Shown here: positions 32,351 through 44,382 of the stretch, one piece after another
Layout: each line of letters begins with the position of its first letter
Numbering within the stretch: the first letter of the stretch is position 1
DNA from: Candidatus Bathyarchaeota archaeon
Lineage (GTDB): Archaea > Thermoproteota > Bathyarchaeia > Bathyarchaeales > Bathycorpusculaceae
Assembly (NCBI GenBank): GCA_963806535.1
Contig: CAWDYC010000008.1
Coordinates: 32,001 to 96,000 of the forward strand
Length of the DNA: 64,000 bases
Reading direction: 5' to 3'
Notes under the pieces: model-generated
Database searches by the model: none
Seen by the model: the letters and a program-made list of their open reading frames with translations, nothing else
Told to the model about the DNA's origin: nothing
Translations under genes and position numbers: made by a program

Positions 32351-34224
32351 CGCTGGTTTTCCAATCAACGATTTACTTCGAAGGAAACTTCAGACAAGCC
32401 TCACAATCGCAACTTTAACGTTGAGTGTTGCTTCTACATTGTTTCTTTTGCTTTTTAGCAGCCGTTTAGGATATAATGTAGCCTCAGCTACTGGGGTATT
32501 TAACTCAAGGCTTAGACGCTATTCTTTCTCAATTCATGCTTTTCATTGGCATATTGATTTTTGCAGTTGGCGCAGTTTTAACAGCATTTATTGCTTTTTT
32601 GATGATGGCTCAAAGAACCCGCGATTTCGGCTTAATGAAGGCCGCAGGATGCCCAAATAGTCTCGTTGGAGGCTATTTCATGACTGAACTTCTTGACAAC
32701 AGCGTTTGCAGGATGCATATTGGGCATAGCTCTTGGTTTTTTAATGGATTATATTGCTGCTAATCTTGTTTTTTCTTCATATCTAGATGCCTAATTTCTG
32801 GTTTGCACCACTGATTTTTATTGTTTTTTTGGTTCTTGCAGTCATTGTTGGTCTTCAGCCAATCCTTAAAGCTGCCAAGATGTCTCCTGTAGATGCGCTT
32901 TCACCCGTGCAGTATTACGGTTTAATCACGACAAACAAACATAAGGCAGTATCAAATTCAGCGTTAACATGGAGAATTGCGTCAAGAAGCTCTATTTCGT
33001 CGGCAATCTGCAACTATTCGAATCGTTGTTTTGCTTTCAATAGTCTTTATTTTGCTTACAGTTTCGGTTGCAGGAGGAATCATTGCTAACGGCACCACTA
33101 CATCGTGGGTTCAAAACACTGTTGATAAAAACACAATCGCAATAGCCGATAACAACATGGGAAATCAGTACAAACTACTCTTATCAAAGTTTTCAGGAGC
33201 CACAGAAACAGGTGAATTTAACTATTCAGACCCAAACTTAGCCATTCCACAGACTGTTATCGAACAGTTAAGCAGCTCTTCCAAGTGTTAGTTTAGTTGA
33301 TTCACGCTTGATTTTGAAAGAACACGTTCAAGAAATCTCCAATTTCACTAGTTGACTATGAAACTCAGACAACATATTCTGTGGGTGATAGTAGACAAGG
33401 TGACTTCGCTGGTTATCGGCGTTAACCCGGAAAAACTTGCAGGCACATGGTTCACGCAAGGACGGTTTTTAGCTCAAAACGATGGTTTAAAAGCAGTTGT
33501 TGGCGACACGGTAGCCAACACAATGTATTCAGTCGACCGCAGCAAAGGCATAACAGATATCCAATGCCTTAGATGAAAGCATAGAGTTTCAAAACAACAC
33601 TTTTAACATCGTTGGCATCTGCACCGATCCAACAAATAATGGTTTAGTCGTCTACGTTCCAATTCAAACATTAATGAATATCACAGGTTGCAGCCCAAAT
33701 TTGCTGCTGGTAACGCTGAACAATTCAACTGACCACTCAACCACTATTACACAAATTAAAACATTAATTCAATCGAGCAGATCCCAACTTGAATGTTTTT
33801 CCACTTGACAGTATTATTCAAAAGAACACTAATTTTTTAGCTTCAACTTGGCAAACTATAATGCTTCTGCCACTTTTCACGTTGGTTTCGGCCGCGCTTT
33901 GCTTAGTGGGTTACATGATGCTTGCGGTAGATGAGCAACATCAAGAATTCGCTGTTTTACGGGCTGTTGGAGCTAAACCAAAAATAGTTGTTGTTCATTT
34001 TAGCAATTCAAAGCGTGATTGTCCTGCTTTCAAGCTTCGGGGTTGGAGTATCACTCGGCACCATCATAACTTTGATTATTTTAATCCAGCAACCACTAGT
34101 TACAAGCGTCACTATCCTAGAGATAACCGGTTGGTTTCTTGCAGCTTTAGCTGGAATGTTCATTTTTAGCCTTTATCCAGCTTTCAGGCTTGCGAAAGCT
34201 TCAATCTTAAAAATTATGACTTAA
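32343..34224 (+). CDS. FtsX/MacB-like permease, several frameshifts
   Basis: QRTRDFGLMKAAG and EFAVLRAVGA repeats; LYPA..A end. Confidence 0.8.
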
Positions 34225-34296
34225 ACTCTGAAAGGCCTCAGCAGTTGCATTAGAAAGCATTTATGAAAGTTAAGTGTTAAAAATACTGAGGAAACT

Positions 34297-34924
34297 GTGA
34301 TGTCTGAACAAATAAGAAGCTTCATAGCGTTTGACTTGGAAAATGAGCAAGTGCTAAACAGGCTCACGCAAGCGCAGAAACTTGTTCTTGAAACAGGCGC
34401 CGACCTAAGACCTGTGGCGCCACAGAACATTCATGTAACTATTCGTTTTCTCGGCGACATAAGCCCAGGCATGGTAGAGAAAGTTTACGAAGCCATGAAA
34501 AAAGTCGAGTTCAAACCTTTCACCATTCAAATTCGGGGTTTAGGCGTTTTTCCGAGCCTAAATTATCCCCAGAGTTGTTTGGGCAGGAATGACAGATGGC
34601 GTAGAACAACTCAGAAACATCTTTACCCAGCTTGAACCCCAAATACGTGCATTAGGATTTCAGGCGGATGCTTACGGTTTTAGCCCACACTTAACTATTG
34701 CACGGGTAAGAACAGGCGCAAACAAACAGCATCTAGCTGAATTTGTAACAAAAAAAGGTGATTTCGAATTTGGCACAATACAAGCCAACTGCCTGCGGCT
34801 TAAAAGAAGCCAGCTTTCGCCGAAAGGTCCAACTTACTCAACAATTAAAGAATATTGCCCAGAATACAGAAACAAAATGATAGCCATGCAAGAAATCCAA
34901 GCAGCTAACCAAGCAAGTGCTTGA
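34297..34924 (+). CDS. thpR: RNA 2',3'-cyclic phosphodiesterase (2H family), frameshifted
   Basis: R.FIA, HVTIRFLG, PHLTIAR. Confidence 0.9.
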
Positions 34925-36313
34925 GAAAATTACTCCAGCAAAAGAGGATCGCGCAAAAGTTGAAGCAATAACCCGCGAATTAGAGCTTAAAGTCACCTTA
35001 GCTTGTAAACAAGAAGGCATTCCAGGCAATTGTACGGGTAGAAGGCTCGGTTGCCAAAGACACATGGCTAAAGGAAAATCCTGATATTGACATTTTTATG
35101 CGGTTGCCAACTTCAATTCCAAGAAAAAACCTTGGCGATGTCGCATTAAGAATTGCTAAAAACGCGGCTGGTTCTTATAAGCAAATTGAACGTTTCGCTG
35201 AGCATCCGTATCTTCAATTAATCGTTGAAGATTACCGCGTTGACATTGTTCCATGTTACGATGCTAAGCCAGGCGAATGGCAAAGCGCCACTGACCGAAC
35301 ACCTTACCATACAGATTACATCAAAAAACATTTGGACAAGGACCTGCGCGGAGAAGTTCGGCTTTTAAAAAAATTCATGCAGAGCATAGGTGTTTATGGA
35401 GCAGAAATTAAAGTCGGCGGCTTCAGCGGCTACCTCTGCGAATTATTAATAATGAAGTATCGCTCGTTCACCCAAACAATCGAAGCCTTCGCACGCTACA
35501 ATAAACGCGTCATAGTTGACATCGAAAACTTTTATGCAAATAGGGAAAATGATCTGTCACTGCTTTTTCCTGAGCCCTTAGTGATTGTTGACCCAGTTGA
35601 CAAAGGAAGAAACGTGGCTTCAGCCGTGCAACCAAACAAACTATACGATTTTATTGGTGCAGCCAGAGCATTCCTAAAAAAACCTGACCAAGCCTTCTTT
35701 TATCCACCAAAAACAAAAGCATTATCGATTGCAAAGATTGAGAAGTCATCTTGAAAACCGCGGTTCATCAACTATTTTTTTAGTTATCGAACCAAATCAA
35801 TGCTGTTCCAGACGTTTTATGGGGGCAACTCTACAAAACAAAACGTTCCCTGCACAAACTAATCGAGCTCAGTGATTACAAAATCCTAAAAGATACAGTT
35901 TGGAGCAATGAAACAACAGTCAGCATCTTCATTTTTGAGCTTGACCAGCAAGTTTTGCCAAACATAAAAAAACATCTTGGACCACCACTTGAACGAGAAA
36001 TTGAAGGAGAAAATTTCTTAGCAAAATACACTGACAACAAAACGGTGATTTCTGGACCCTACATTGAGGATGGACGCTGGATGGTTATGGTGCCACGGAA
36101 AACAATTGATGTGAGTTGGCCTTTTGAAAGATAAGACTTGCCGATGGAGGCAAAAACGCTGGGGTCGCTGAACTAATTGCCAAATCAATCCAGAAAAATC
36201 TCAGGGTTCTAGTTAATGCAGAAATACGTTCAGTGTATTAGGAAAATGCTGATTTTGCAGAATTCTTGACTGATTTTCTCTTGGGAAAACCATTTTGGCT
36301 AAAAGTCCAGTAA
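34886..36313 (+). CDS. cca: archaeal CCA-adding enzyme, several frameshifts
   Basis: GS.AK.TWL...DIDIF, AEHPY, DIVPCY, SATDRTPYH, GFSGYLCE, DPVD..RNVA. Confidence 0.92.
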
Positions 36314-36323
36314 GTGCATTGGT

Positions 36324-36917
36324 ATGTCAGATAATTATTGGGAAACCGCTTATGAAACCGGTGAATACAAGCACTGGGAGTTTAATTATCCTTCACCCGA
36401 GCTGATTGCCCTTTCAGCTGCTAACATTCCCCGGAGAAACGCGAAGGTTCTTGATGTTGGATCAGGAGGAGGTACCGACGCAATCTTCATGGCTCAACGT
36501 GGATTCAACGTCACAGGGATCGATATCAGCGCAGCAGCTCTTAAAATTGCAGAAAAAAGAGCGAAAAAAGCCCAAGTCGAAGTCAATTGGCTCCGAGGGA
36601 ACGTTCTTGACTTACCCATATACAACGGGACTATTGATTTTATCACCGACCGAGGATTATTCCATCACATCGATGATCATAACCGCGCCAAATATGCTTC
36701 AGAATTTTTTCGAATATTAAGAAACGGAGGACATGCAATCATAAGAGGAAAGAGTAAAGAAACAGCTCATAACCAATTCAACCCCGTAACTGAAGAATCG
36801 ATAGACAAATATTTTTCTAAAGCCAAATTTAGCAGAGGCCCAGTTTTAGCAATTCCACTCTTTTCCGTTGAGGGTTCGATGGATGCAAGAATCGTAATGC
36901 TCCAGAAAAAGAAATAA
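36324..36917 (+). CDS. class I SAM-dependent methyltransferase
   Basis: VLDVGSGGG, GIDIS, DRGLFHH. Confidence 0.88.
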   Translation: MSDNYWETAYETGEYKHWEFNYPSPELIALSAANIPRRNAKVLDVGSGGGTDAIFMAQRGFNVTGIDISAAALKIAEKRAKKAQVEVNWLRGNVLDLPIYNGTIDFITDRGLFHHIDDHNRAKYASEFFRILRNGGHAIIRGKSKETAHNQFNPVTEESIDKYFSKAKFSRGPVLAIPLFSVEGSMDARIVMLQKKK

Positions 36918-36930
36918 GAATGACTCAAAT

Positions 36931-38095
36931 TTACTGCGTCACGGAGTGGTACCAGCTGATTATGTATTCGGGAAGATTTAAGTCCTCTTTGTCCAAGACG
37001 TTCAGCCAGTTTAACTGGCACTGGACTCAACACGTAGGCTGCTCTTGTGTAGAAGCGTCTTGGAGTAAGCGGTTTTGCTTCTTCTGGCAAAATGATTTTG
37101 AGGTCAGCTTTTTTGGCAAGTGTTGATTCTGCCGAGTTTGTTATTGCGAAATACGGTTCCAGCGAATTTTTTGATTACATCTGCCCAGATGATTACGGGT
37201 CTTGTTTCGCCTGAATATGACAGGAGAATTTCAAGGTCGCCTGCTCTTGGATGCGGAGTGTTAACGCCTCTTGTTATGTACACGTTGTCACCTAGGAAAC
37301 TTTTAATGTGGAAAAGTCTTACGCCTGTCATTTTGGCGATTTCGTTAGCCGTGCCTTTTCCGCCTAGAAACACGTTTGTTCGTTTTTCAAGGATATCAAC
37401 AAGCGTTGTGTACGTTTCAGAATTAACGTTTGAATCTATCATTTCACCGATTTTCTCGAATTCTTCAACACAAAGCCGAAAAACATCGTCAACTTCAAGA
37501 TTTCGGAAAATGGCTTCAATCATACTATTCAAAAGTTCAAGTGTACCTAACTCGAAGATGTCGCCCATCATACCTGTTTCGCTGTATTCAGTGCCGGGTT
37601 TTGATTTGCCACGTCCCTTAAGCTCAACCACGTTGCCATATTTGCTGCATATTTCTCCTAAAGGCGACGATAAAGCAGATGTGAAAAGACCCATGGAAAA
37701 CTTGTTTGATTTCTTTTCCTCAATGTACTTAGCTAAATCTTGAGCCATAACTAAGGGGTCATCCGAATATCCGCTTCCAGAATTTATCAAAAGTAAAGTC
37801 TTCTTGTAACGCCTGCCCAAATCAGCGGCTGCATCATACATGCTTTTTCCTGGAAAACCTGGATCGTCAGGAGTTAAAACCACTTTATTTCGCCAACCAA
37901 CTTGGCTCAAAGCAATTTGACTTAAAGCAGCGTTTAAGGAGTAGAGTGATCTGCCTGATCCTCCGCAGATTACACAGTCAGCTGCTTTTAGATCCTCATA
38001 TAAGGGTGAGAGTTCTCTTTCTTTTAATACTCAAAATGTTTTCTTGGATTTTGTTGACGTATCCGATGCTGCTGATTTTGCTTTTGATTACAACC
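36931..38095 (-). CDS. tandem SIS-domain protein (6-phospho-3-hexuloisomerase-like), frameshifted
   Basis: CGGSGRS, INSGSG, MGDIFE, LSYSGET. Confidence 0.7.
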
Positions 38096-38280
38096 GCACC
38101 TTCAGTTCAAACATGATTTACCGATTCTCTATATTATCCTTGTGCTTGCTAGAATGCAAAAATATCAAGTATCCATTAATCGCTTACTTGCCAGCACGCA
38201 GTTAACGAAGAATTTATCTAAAAATTCTCTAAAAGTTTATATCAAAAGAAAACGCTCACGCAAGAGATAAGTGAAAATCA

Positions 38281-38918
38281 ATGTCAACTCAAACAGGCAC
38301 AGAAAAATTTCAGTTTCTAACCAAACTTAGCTTTAGAGAAAGGGGCTGCAGACGCAAAAATCATTCCAACAAGCAAAGTAGTTGTTGAAGACCGTGTGGT
38401 TCTCAAATGCAAAGTCGGCTGCAATCATTACGGAAAAACATTAGCTTGCCCACCTTACACACCATCAGCGGAAGAATTTAGAAAAATCAGTTAGCGAATA
38501 CAGCTATGCCATGTTCATGAAGTTCAAATCAACTGCGGAAGCCGAACCTGAAGTACTCAAAAAACTTATGGTGGCTGAAACCGATCCCACAGTTCCGAAA
38601 GAAATCAAGGAGAAAGCAGCAAAGTTTTGGGCAGACTGGAAAGATGACAAACGCAAAATGCTGCAATCAGTAGTTGATTTGGAGAAGGCAGCGATGAACA
38701 AAGGCTACAGCTTAGCCATATCTTTTGTTTCAGGTCACTGTCAACTCTGCGAAAAATGCAATACAGAAACAAAGATTTGTGCTCATCCTAATTTGGCTCG
38801 TTGGTCTGAGGATGCGGTCGGAGTGAACGTGAAAAAAACTGCAGCTAACGCTGGGATCGAAGTTACTTTTCCATTTGCGAAGACTCCTGAGTCATTCGCG
38901 CTGCTTCTTATAGATTAG
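38281..38918 (+). CDS. DUF2284-like metal-binding protein, frameshifted
   Basis: KC..GC..YG....CPP; GHCQLCEKC...C..P...R.S..A.G. Confidence 0.8.
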
Positions 38919-38945
38919 AATGATTCTTTGTTATTGTTTGCTTTT

Positions 38946-39342
38946 TTAATTAGGTGGCTTTGCTCGCTGAATTAAGTCATAAAGATTGCCGTAGAGGTCT
39001 TCAAAAACCACTTCTATGCCCCACATTTGCTTCGTTGGTTCTCCATAGAATTTGACGCCTTTCGCTTTCATGGCTTCGTAATCTCGTTTGCAATCATCGG
39101 TCTGCAAAGTCATGAAAACGTGGTCCCCCGCCTGTTTTCCCAACGCTTTTAGCTTCTCTTCCGTATTGGCCAAAACAAAAGTTAATTCCAAATCTGGCTG
39201 GTCTTTTGGCGAAACAGTAACCCAACGCATGTCTTCTCCAAACTTGGTCATCTCGGCATTTTTGGAAACCCAATTTTTCAACGTAAAAACTTAGTGCTTC
39301 ATCAAAATCCTTGACAAGAAGTGTTATGTGACCTATCTTCAT
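38946..39342 (-). CDS. VOC/glyoxalase family protein, frameshifted
   Basis: HITLLV.D.DEAL.FY..KLGF; FEDLYGN. Confidence 0.88.
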
Positions 39343-39408
39343 CTGATTTTACCCTCAAATTAGTTGAATTGAAAAATTGAAAGAAAAATGTTTGCCTAAG
39401 CTAAGAAC

Positions 39409-40161
39409 TTAGGAAGTGTCAAAGGGAGATTTTAAGGCAGTTACAACTTCAACTGGTGAGTCTTCGCCTGATTTTAGCCGTTTCTTCCATTCTTCTCCTA
39501 CAGCGATTAGTGAGAAGATGCCTGAAACTTCAGCCTTCGACTTCTTTACGAGAGTTACGAGTGCTTCTTGTGTTTCGCCGCTTTTAATCATGTCATCTAC
39601 GATTAGGACGCTGTCGCGTTTTTTGATGGCTTCTTTGGGAATGTAGAGTGTTACGGTTACGCCTGAATCTCTTCCTAAAACAAATGTCTCATCGAGGAAG
39701 GCTTTGACGCCGACTTCTTTGTTGCGTTTTGCCACAATAAGGTTAACTCCCAAAGCGTTGGCGACCATGGTGGCTAATGGAATTCCATCAACTGCTGCAG
39801 TTAAAACTTTGGTAACTCTTTTGCCTGCAAAATTTGCTAGTGCATGGTTTGCTGCTTGCTGTAAAATGTTGTAGTCACCGACGATTTCCGTGTTGTCGAA
39901 GTAGCCGATGTCGTCAAATTTTATTCGGCTCCGCAGTTCTGCTTCTAAGCCGACCATTTTGGTGAGGACTCGCCAGAGTTGTTTGGCTCTTGTCGTGTTT
40001 GGTAACACGTGGCCTTTTGCGTATCGGCTAAGTACAGTGACTGGTAATCCTGTTTTTGATGCTAATTCTCGATAAGTAATATTTCGTTTATATTTTGCTG
40101 TTCTTAGCAGTTCGATTGTCATTAAACGAAGTTTCAAATCTTCTGCGTGAGTGCTCATCAA
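39409..40161 (-). CDS. HTH + phosphoribosyltransferase (PurR/APRT-like) protein
   Basis: TYRELA..TGLP.TVLSRY; PRPP motif VLIVDDMIKSGET. Confidence 0.85.
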   Translation of the reverse strand: MMSTHAEDLKLRLMTIELLRTAKYKRNITYRELASKTGLPVTVLSRYAKGHVLPNTTRAKQLWRVLTKMVGLEAELRSRIKFDDIGYFDNTEIVGDYNILQQAANHALANFAGKRVTKVLTAAVDGIPLATMVANALGVNLIVAKRNKEVGVKAFLDETFVLGRDSGVTVTLYIPKEAIKKRDSVLIVDDMIKSGETQEALVTLVKKSKAEVSGIFSLIAVGEEWKKRLKSGEDSPVEVVTALKSPFDTS

Positions 40162-40341
40162 TTAACCCTCAATTCACACTTATGTATATTTACTTGTTAT
40201 TGTAGCTTGCCAATTTATAGCTTTCTGATTAAAACAAACAAGGAATAATTGTTGGTCAGAAAGCCTGATTTAGCAACTTTTTCTATTTGTGCATTAAACT
40301 TTTTAGATAGTAAGTGAAGTCCTATATCAAAAGGGGGACTA

Positions 40342-40887
40342 TTGATGCAGAAGCTCAGCCAATTATTCATGACCGCGCTCTTCGGCTCAATCATTTTCGT
40401 AGTCAACGTTTTTCTGCCTCCCCCATTGAACTATGTTTTAATCGTAGTTGAAGCAGTTCTTCTCGCATTAAGCGGATTATTTATCAGTAAATTAGGCGCT
40501 ACCTATGTGGGAGCAGTTGGAGGTCTCTTAACAGCTCTGGGAAATCCAGCTTTGGGCCCTTTCACCTTTTTCTTTACCCTCTTGTTTGGAGTTTTTGTCG
40601 ATGTATTCTTGTTCGTTTTCAAAATCAACGCTTCCCGCGAAGGCGTAAACCGCAACAGACTGATGGCTGCTATGGCTGTGAGCACCATGTTAATTGGGGT
40701 TTTAAGTTACTCGGCTTTTGCGATGTTTCCACAGTTCATTCCTTTTGCGAAGGGCGCAGGCTTATTTATTCAAAGAAGCACGATGCTTGATGCCTTGGTT
40801 TTGTTTATGGGTCCAGCTACTGGCAGTGTAGCAGGCTACGCTGCTTCCTACCTGTGGAACAAATATCTCCGCCATGTACTCATTTAA
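40342..40887 (+). CDS. membrane protein (ECF S-component-like)
   Basis: 181 aa, 5-6 TM helices, GATYVG..GGLL. Confidence 0.6.
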   Translation: MMQKLSQLFMTALFGSIIFVVNVFLPPPLNYVLIVVEAVLLALSGLFISKLGATYVGAVGGLLTALGNPALGPFTFFFTLLFGVFVDVFLFVFKINASREGVNRNRLMAAMAVSTMLIGVLSYSAFAMFPQFIPFAKGAGLFIQRSTMLDALVLFMGPATGSVAGYAASYLWNKYLRHVLI

Positions 40888-41150
40888 AGAGCTGCTTAAT
40901 TTTCTCGTCAACCAATTTGGCAATCATCAAATTAGAAATAAAAACACACTTAACACCCAAGCAGCTCAGCCAACTCTGCGGGTTTTTGGTCCTGAGTAAC
41001 AAGAATCAAATTGTTTTTTCCAGCGTATTCCACTATATCTCGATCTTTTGCACTTTTCAAACCTGATTCCTGAGCAGTCAGCACTTCGTAGCCTAAGGTT
41101 TCAAAATATTCTTTCAAGCCGGCGTACATTTCGTCAAGTAAAATCTTCAT
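40884..41150 (-). CDS. PIN-like protein (DUF5615/Mut7-C N-terminal), frameshifted
   Basis: MKILLDEM...GY.V...D..I...A......LVTQD. Confidence 0.75.
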
Positions 41151-41320
41151 ATCGCTTCGCTACTCATCTTATCTGATTAGAATACTTAGGTTTAACTTAT
41201 GTATAATTGCCAATGGGTCTTTAATTCATAAATCAAAAACAAACCAGAACACAAACAACAAAAATAATGAGAAAAGTGTTAGGTTGGTCAGGCTCTCAAC
41301 GATTTTTACGATTCAAGTTG

Positions 41321-41462
41321 GTAGCGCCTAGACCTTATTGGACCTTTCCAGACCTTTTTAGACCTTGCCGAACCTTTTAAAACCGCAACCTGCAAAAGAT
41401 TTAAGTTTTATTTCAAAAAAACAGCTCAAAACACAAAAAAAAATTGCACAAAATACCGTCAA
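41321..41462 (-). repeat. solo copy of the core + 10-bp-periodic-tract repeat
   Basis: GACCTT at 41331, 41341, 41351, 41361 and AACCTT at 41371; 41388-41433 is the reverse complement of 49662-49707 at 43/46. Confidence 0.85.
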
Positions 41463-41603
41463 TAACTGACTTCACAACTCAGCCTAACTTTATGAAGATT
41501 GTATTGAACCACCTGATCCCTAATAGATCTGATTCAGTTTAATTCAATGTTAATTACACAAAAAATTTTAAAAAGCAACCCGATATACTGTGACCTGAAA
41601 CTA

Positions 41604-43239
41604 ATGATAAACTCTCCAGTTAAACGGTTCATTTTGCCCTTTTCCCCGGAGAAAAGCAATGAACCAATCGCCTCAGAAGTCGAAGCAGCAGCGGTTTACT
41701 GCGCTTGCAGAGTTTGAAAGAAACAAAGGCGGAGGCTTAATCTTAAAACAGCCAGAAGAAAAACTCCATTTTATTGCGGAAATGGGTTATCCACTGTGGC
41801 TTTTTCCAAATAATCTGATTACCTACATTTTTGACGGCTTAAACAATTTCATCTATTCTATTCCTTATGTTGAATTGCCTACTGCAAAAGTTTTCATGGA
41901 GAACCTTGAGGTAAATTCTAAGACGCGGGAAGATTACATGGCTTTCCTCTCAGACAATAATAGTTATTTTCTGCAACCAATAAAAGAGAAAGAGTTCTCT
42001 CTGAGAAGTTTAATTGTTGATTCAGATTTTAAAAAAGAGTTTGATGTCTACCGTAAAGAAGCCAACAGAAGTTATAGGTCAATTTACAAAGATAGCTTTG
42101 CTGCCTCCGTCTCTTCAAGATGCAACAATTTCTTCAATGATATCTGAAATGAACAGTTTACAATCTTCACTTAAAGAAGATGCTGACAGGTTTCCTGAAT
42201 GCCTAAGACGCGTAAACAAAATAACTAGCCAATACATAACCGAGCTGGATTATGCAGCGGAAGCAGTAAAAGATGAAGCCGCAGCTAAAATCAAAGCTCA
42301 AGAAGAAATCATAAATCCACAAATCTTCAAGCTAAACAGCGAATGCAAACGTCAAATAGCAAAGATAACTGCTGACTTTGATGATGAAATAGATAAACTT
42401 GAAAAACTCAAAGCAAAAACATCAAAAATCGTAGACTTTGAAGAAAAAAAGCTCAAACAGTACGAACATAGCAGCAAAAGAACAAGCCGAACAGAACCAT
42501 TCAATTTATGAAAAAAGATGGAAATCAAAAAGTCGCGAAACCAAGAAAGAAATCAATGGACTTAAGAAAAGAGCTAAAGCAAATAGAAAACAACATTAAA
42601 CATTTAATCAAACAGAAAAATGAGAAAATCTCTGCCCTACGGTTTGAACTTGAAACTAATGTAAAGTTGGCTCGCCAACCATTGCTTGATCTTGAAACTG
42701 TATGTGACGCTAAAATGTTGATTTTTAAGCGAGAAACTGAAAAGTTGCTTAGCCGAGAAAAACCAATAGTTGAAGGGTTGAATCGTGCAATTAAATTGGC
42801 TGAAGGAGTCGTCGATGGTTTCCAAATGTTAGGTATTAGAAACCTACAATTGAATGGTCCAACTCTGTTTTATATCCCATTCTATGTTGCTTGTTATCAA
42901 ACCGGATCAGCAAATCGTTATCTTTTTCTGGCACCATCAATGACAAGTTCTGTTGGTTTTGCTGCGAAACTGAAGGGTGTAATGGGTATTTCGAAAATTA
43001 AAGAGATGTTTAATCCACGGTTCAAGGCTATTGCGACTTTTATTAACAAAGTTCAGGTGATAACTAATCAGAATAGTTTGATGGATCAACAAATTGTTGA
43101 TTTGGGTGAAAGAAATAATCTTTTGAAAAATGAGTTGATTCGCGTTAACATAGAAAAGGGATTAGTTTATTTGAAAGATGCAGGATGGCTTTCGGATCGT
43201 GAATATCAATCGTTAACAAATAGGTTAAATCAATATTAA
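41604..43239 (+). CDS. large coiled-coil protein, several frameshifts
   Basis: Contiguous overlapping ORFs at 41659, 42014 and 42508; GYPLWL N-terminal and YIPFYV C-terminal motifs flank a heptad-rich centre. Confidence 0.7.
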
Positions 43240-43310
43240 CCGATTTCGTCTTCTAAAAAGCCTTATTGCATCGACACTGTTTATCGTTTACAGAAAATGA
43301 ATTGAGATAA

Positions 43311-43730
43311 GTGATCAAAATGAAGAGATACACTGGCAAAACCGCAACGGCGATAATTCCATTTCCAAAGGACAAAATTGTGCTAATTAAACGAAATACT
43401 GTTCCCTTCAAGGGTTACTGGGGGTTGCCAGGCGGCAGAATGGATCCAGGCGAAACCATTGAGCAAACCGTTGTTCGAGAGGTAAAAGAGGAAACAGGAT
43501 TGGATGTTGAAATTGTCCGAAAAATAGGCGAATACATCGAGAAAGGAATCATGGATGATGTGGACTACGAGTACTACCCGACATGTTTTCTTGTTAAAGT
43601 GGTTGGGGGAGAAATGAAGCGGCAAGAAAGCGAAATCCAAGATATCCAGCTATTCAGCCTGCAGGAACTGCCTAAGCCATTGGGGTTCGAACATGATAAA
43701 ATGATTAATGATTACTTACTCGTAAAATAA
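43311..43730 (+). CDS. NUDIX hydrolase
   Basis: Nudix box GGRMDPGETIEQTVVREVKEETG. Confidence 0.93.
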   Translation: MIKMKRYTGKTATAIIPFPKDKIVLIKRNTVPFKGYWGLPGGRMDPGETIEQTVVREVKEETGLDVEIVRKIGEYIEKGIMDDVDYEYYPTCFLVKVVGGEMKRQESEIQDIQLFSLQELPKPLGFEHDKMINDYLLVK

Positions 43731-43762
43731 CGCCGTAGATTTCAGGTTTGCCTTACTTAGTT

Positions 43763-44182
43763 TTATTTTTGCAATTGTTTTTCTAAAGCTTTTCGTACTT
43801 CGGCAACGACCTCTGAGAAGTCTGCTTCTTTTTCAGGCTTCATGCCTTTCTTAGAAACTCTTGCTACGATTTGATAGCCTTTACCTGCTAACCTTTTTTC
43901 CATATTCTTCATGGTTCGCTCATTTCCAAATGCGCGGTAAGTGCAAAATAGAATAACTTTTTTGTCTTGGACCTGGGGCATGTTCTCGATGAAGGTTACT
44001 GTCTCTTTTGCTGGGCTGGCACCTTCAACAGGGGTGCCTAAGATTAGAAGGTCACAGTTTTCGATGGCTGACGGCTGTGCTGAGGCTAAATCGTAGATGG
44101 GTGCTTTTGTTGCGTCAGCTATTGCCTGGGCTAAGCGTTTGGTGTTTCCTGTTCTTGAAAAATAAACTACACAAACGTTCAT
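43763..44182 (-). CDS. flavodoxin-like protein
   Basis: YFSRTGNTK, LGTP. Confidence 0.88.
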   Translation of the reverse strand: MNVCVVYFSRTGNTKRLAQAIADATKAPIYDLASAQPSAIENCDLLILGTPVEGASPAKETVTFIENMPQVQDKKVILFCTYRAFGNERTMKNMEKRLAGKGYQIVARVSKKGMKPEKEADFSEVVAEVRKALEKQLQK

Positions 44183-44382
44183 GGTTTAGAGTGCGCGTAC
44201 TTGGTTTAAATAACCTTCTATATAGAGCCGATGACGACATTCCTTACTGTATAATATTTGCGTTGAAAGAAGAAGCTCGGGGGAAGCACGCATCTTCTTC
44301 AAAACATTCTAAACAATACTTGAGTACATTTAAAAATCTCTTTTTCGTCAGAAAACTTGAAAACAAGAAGCATTGTTGTTAA

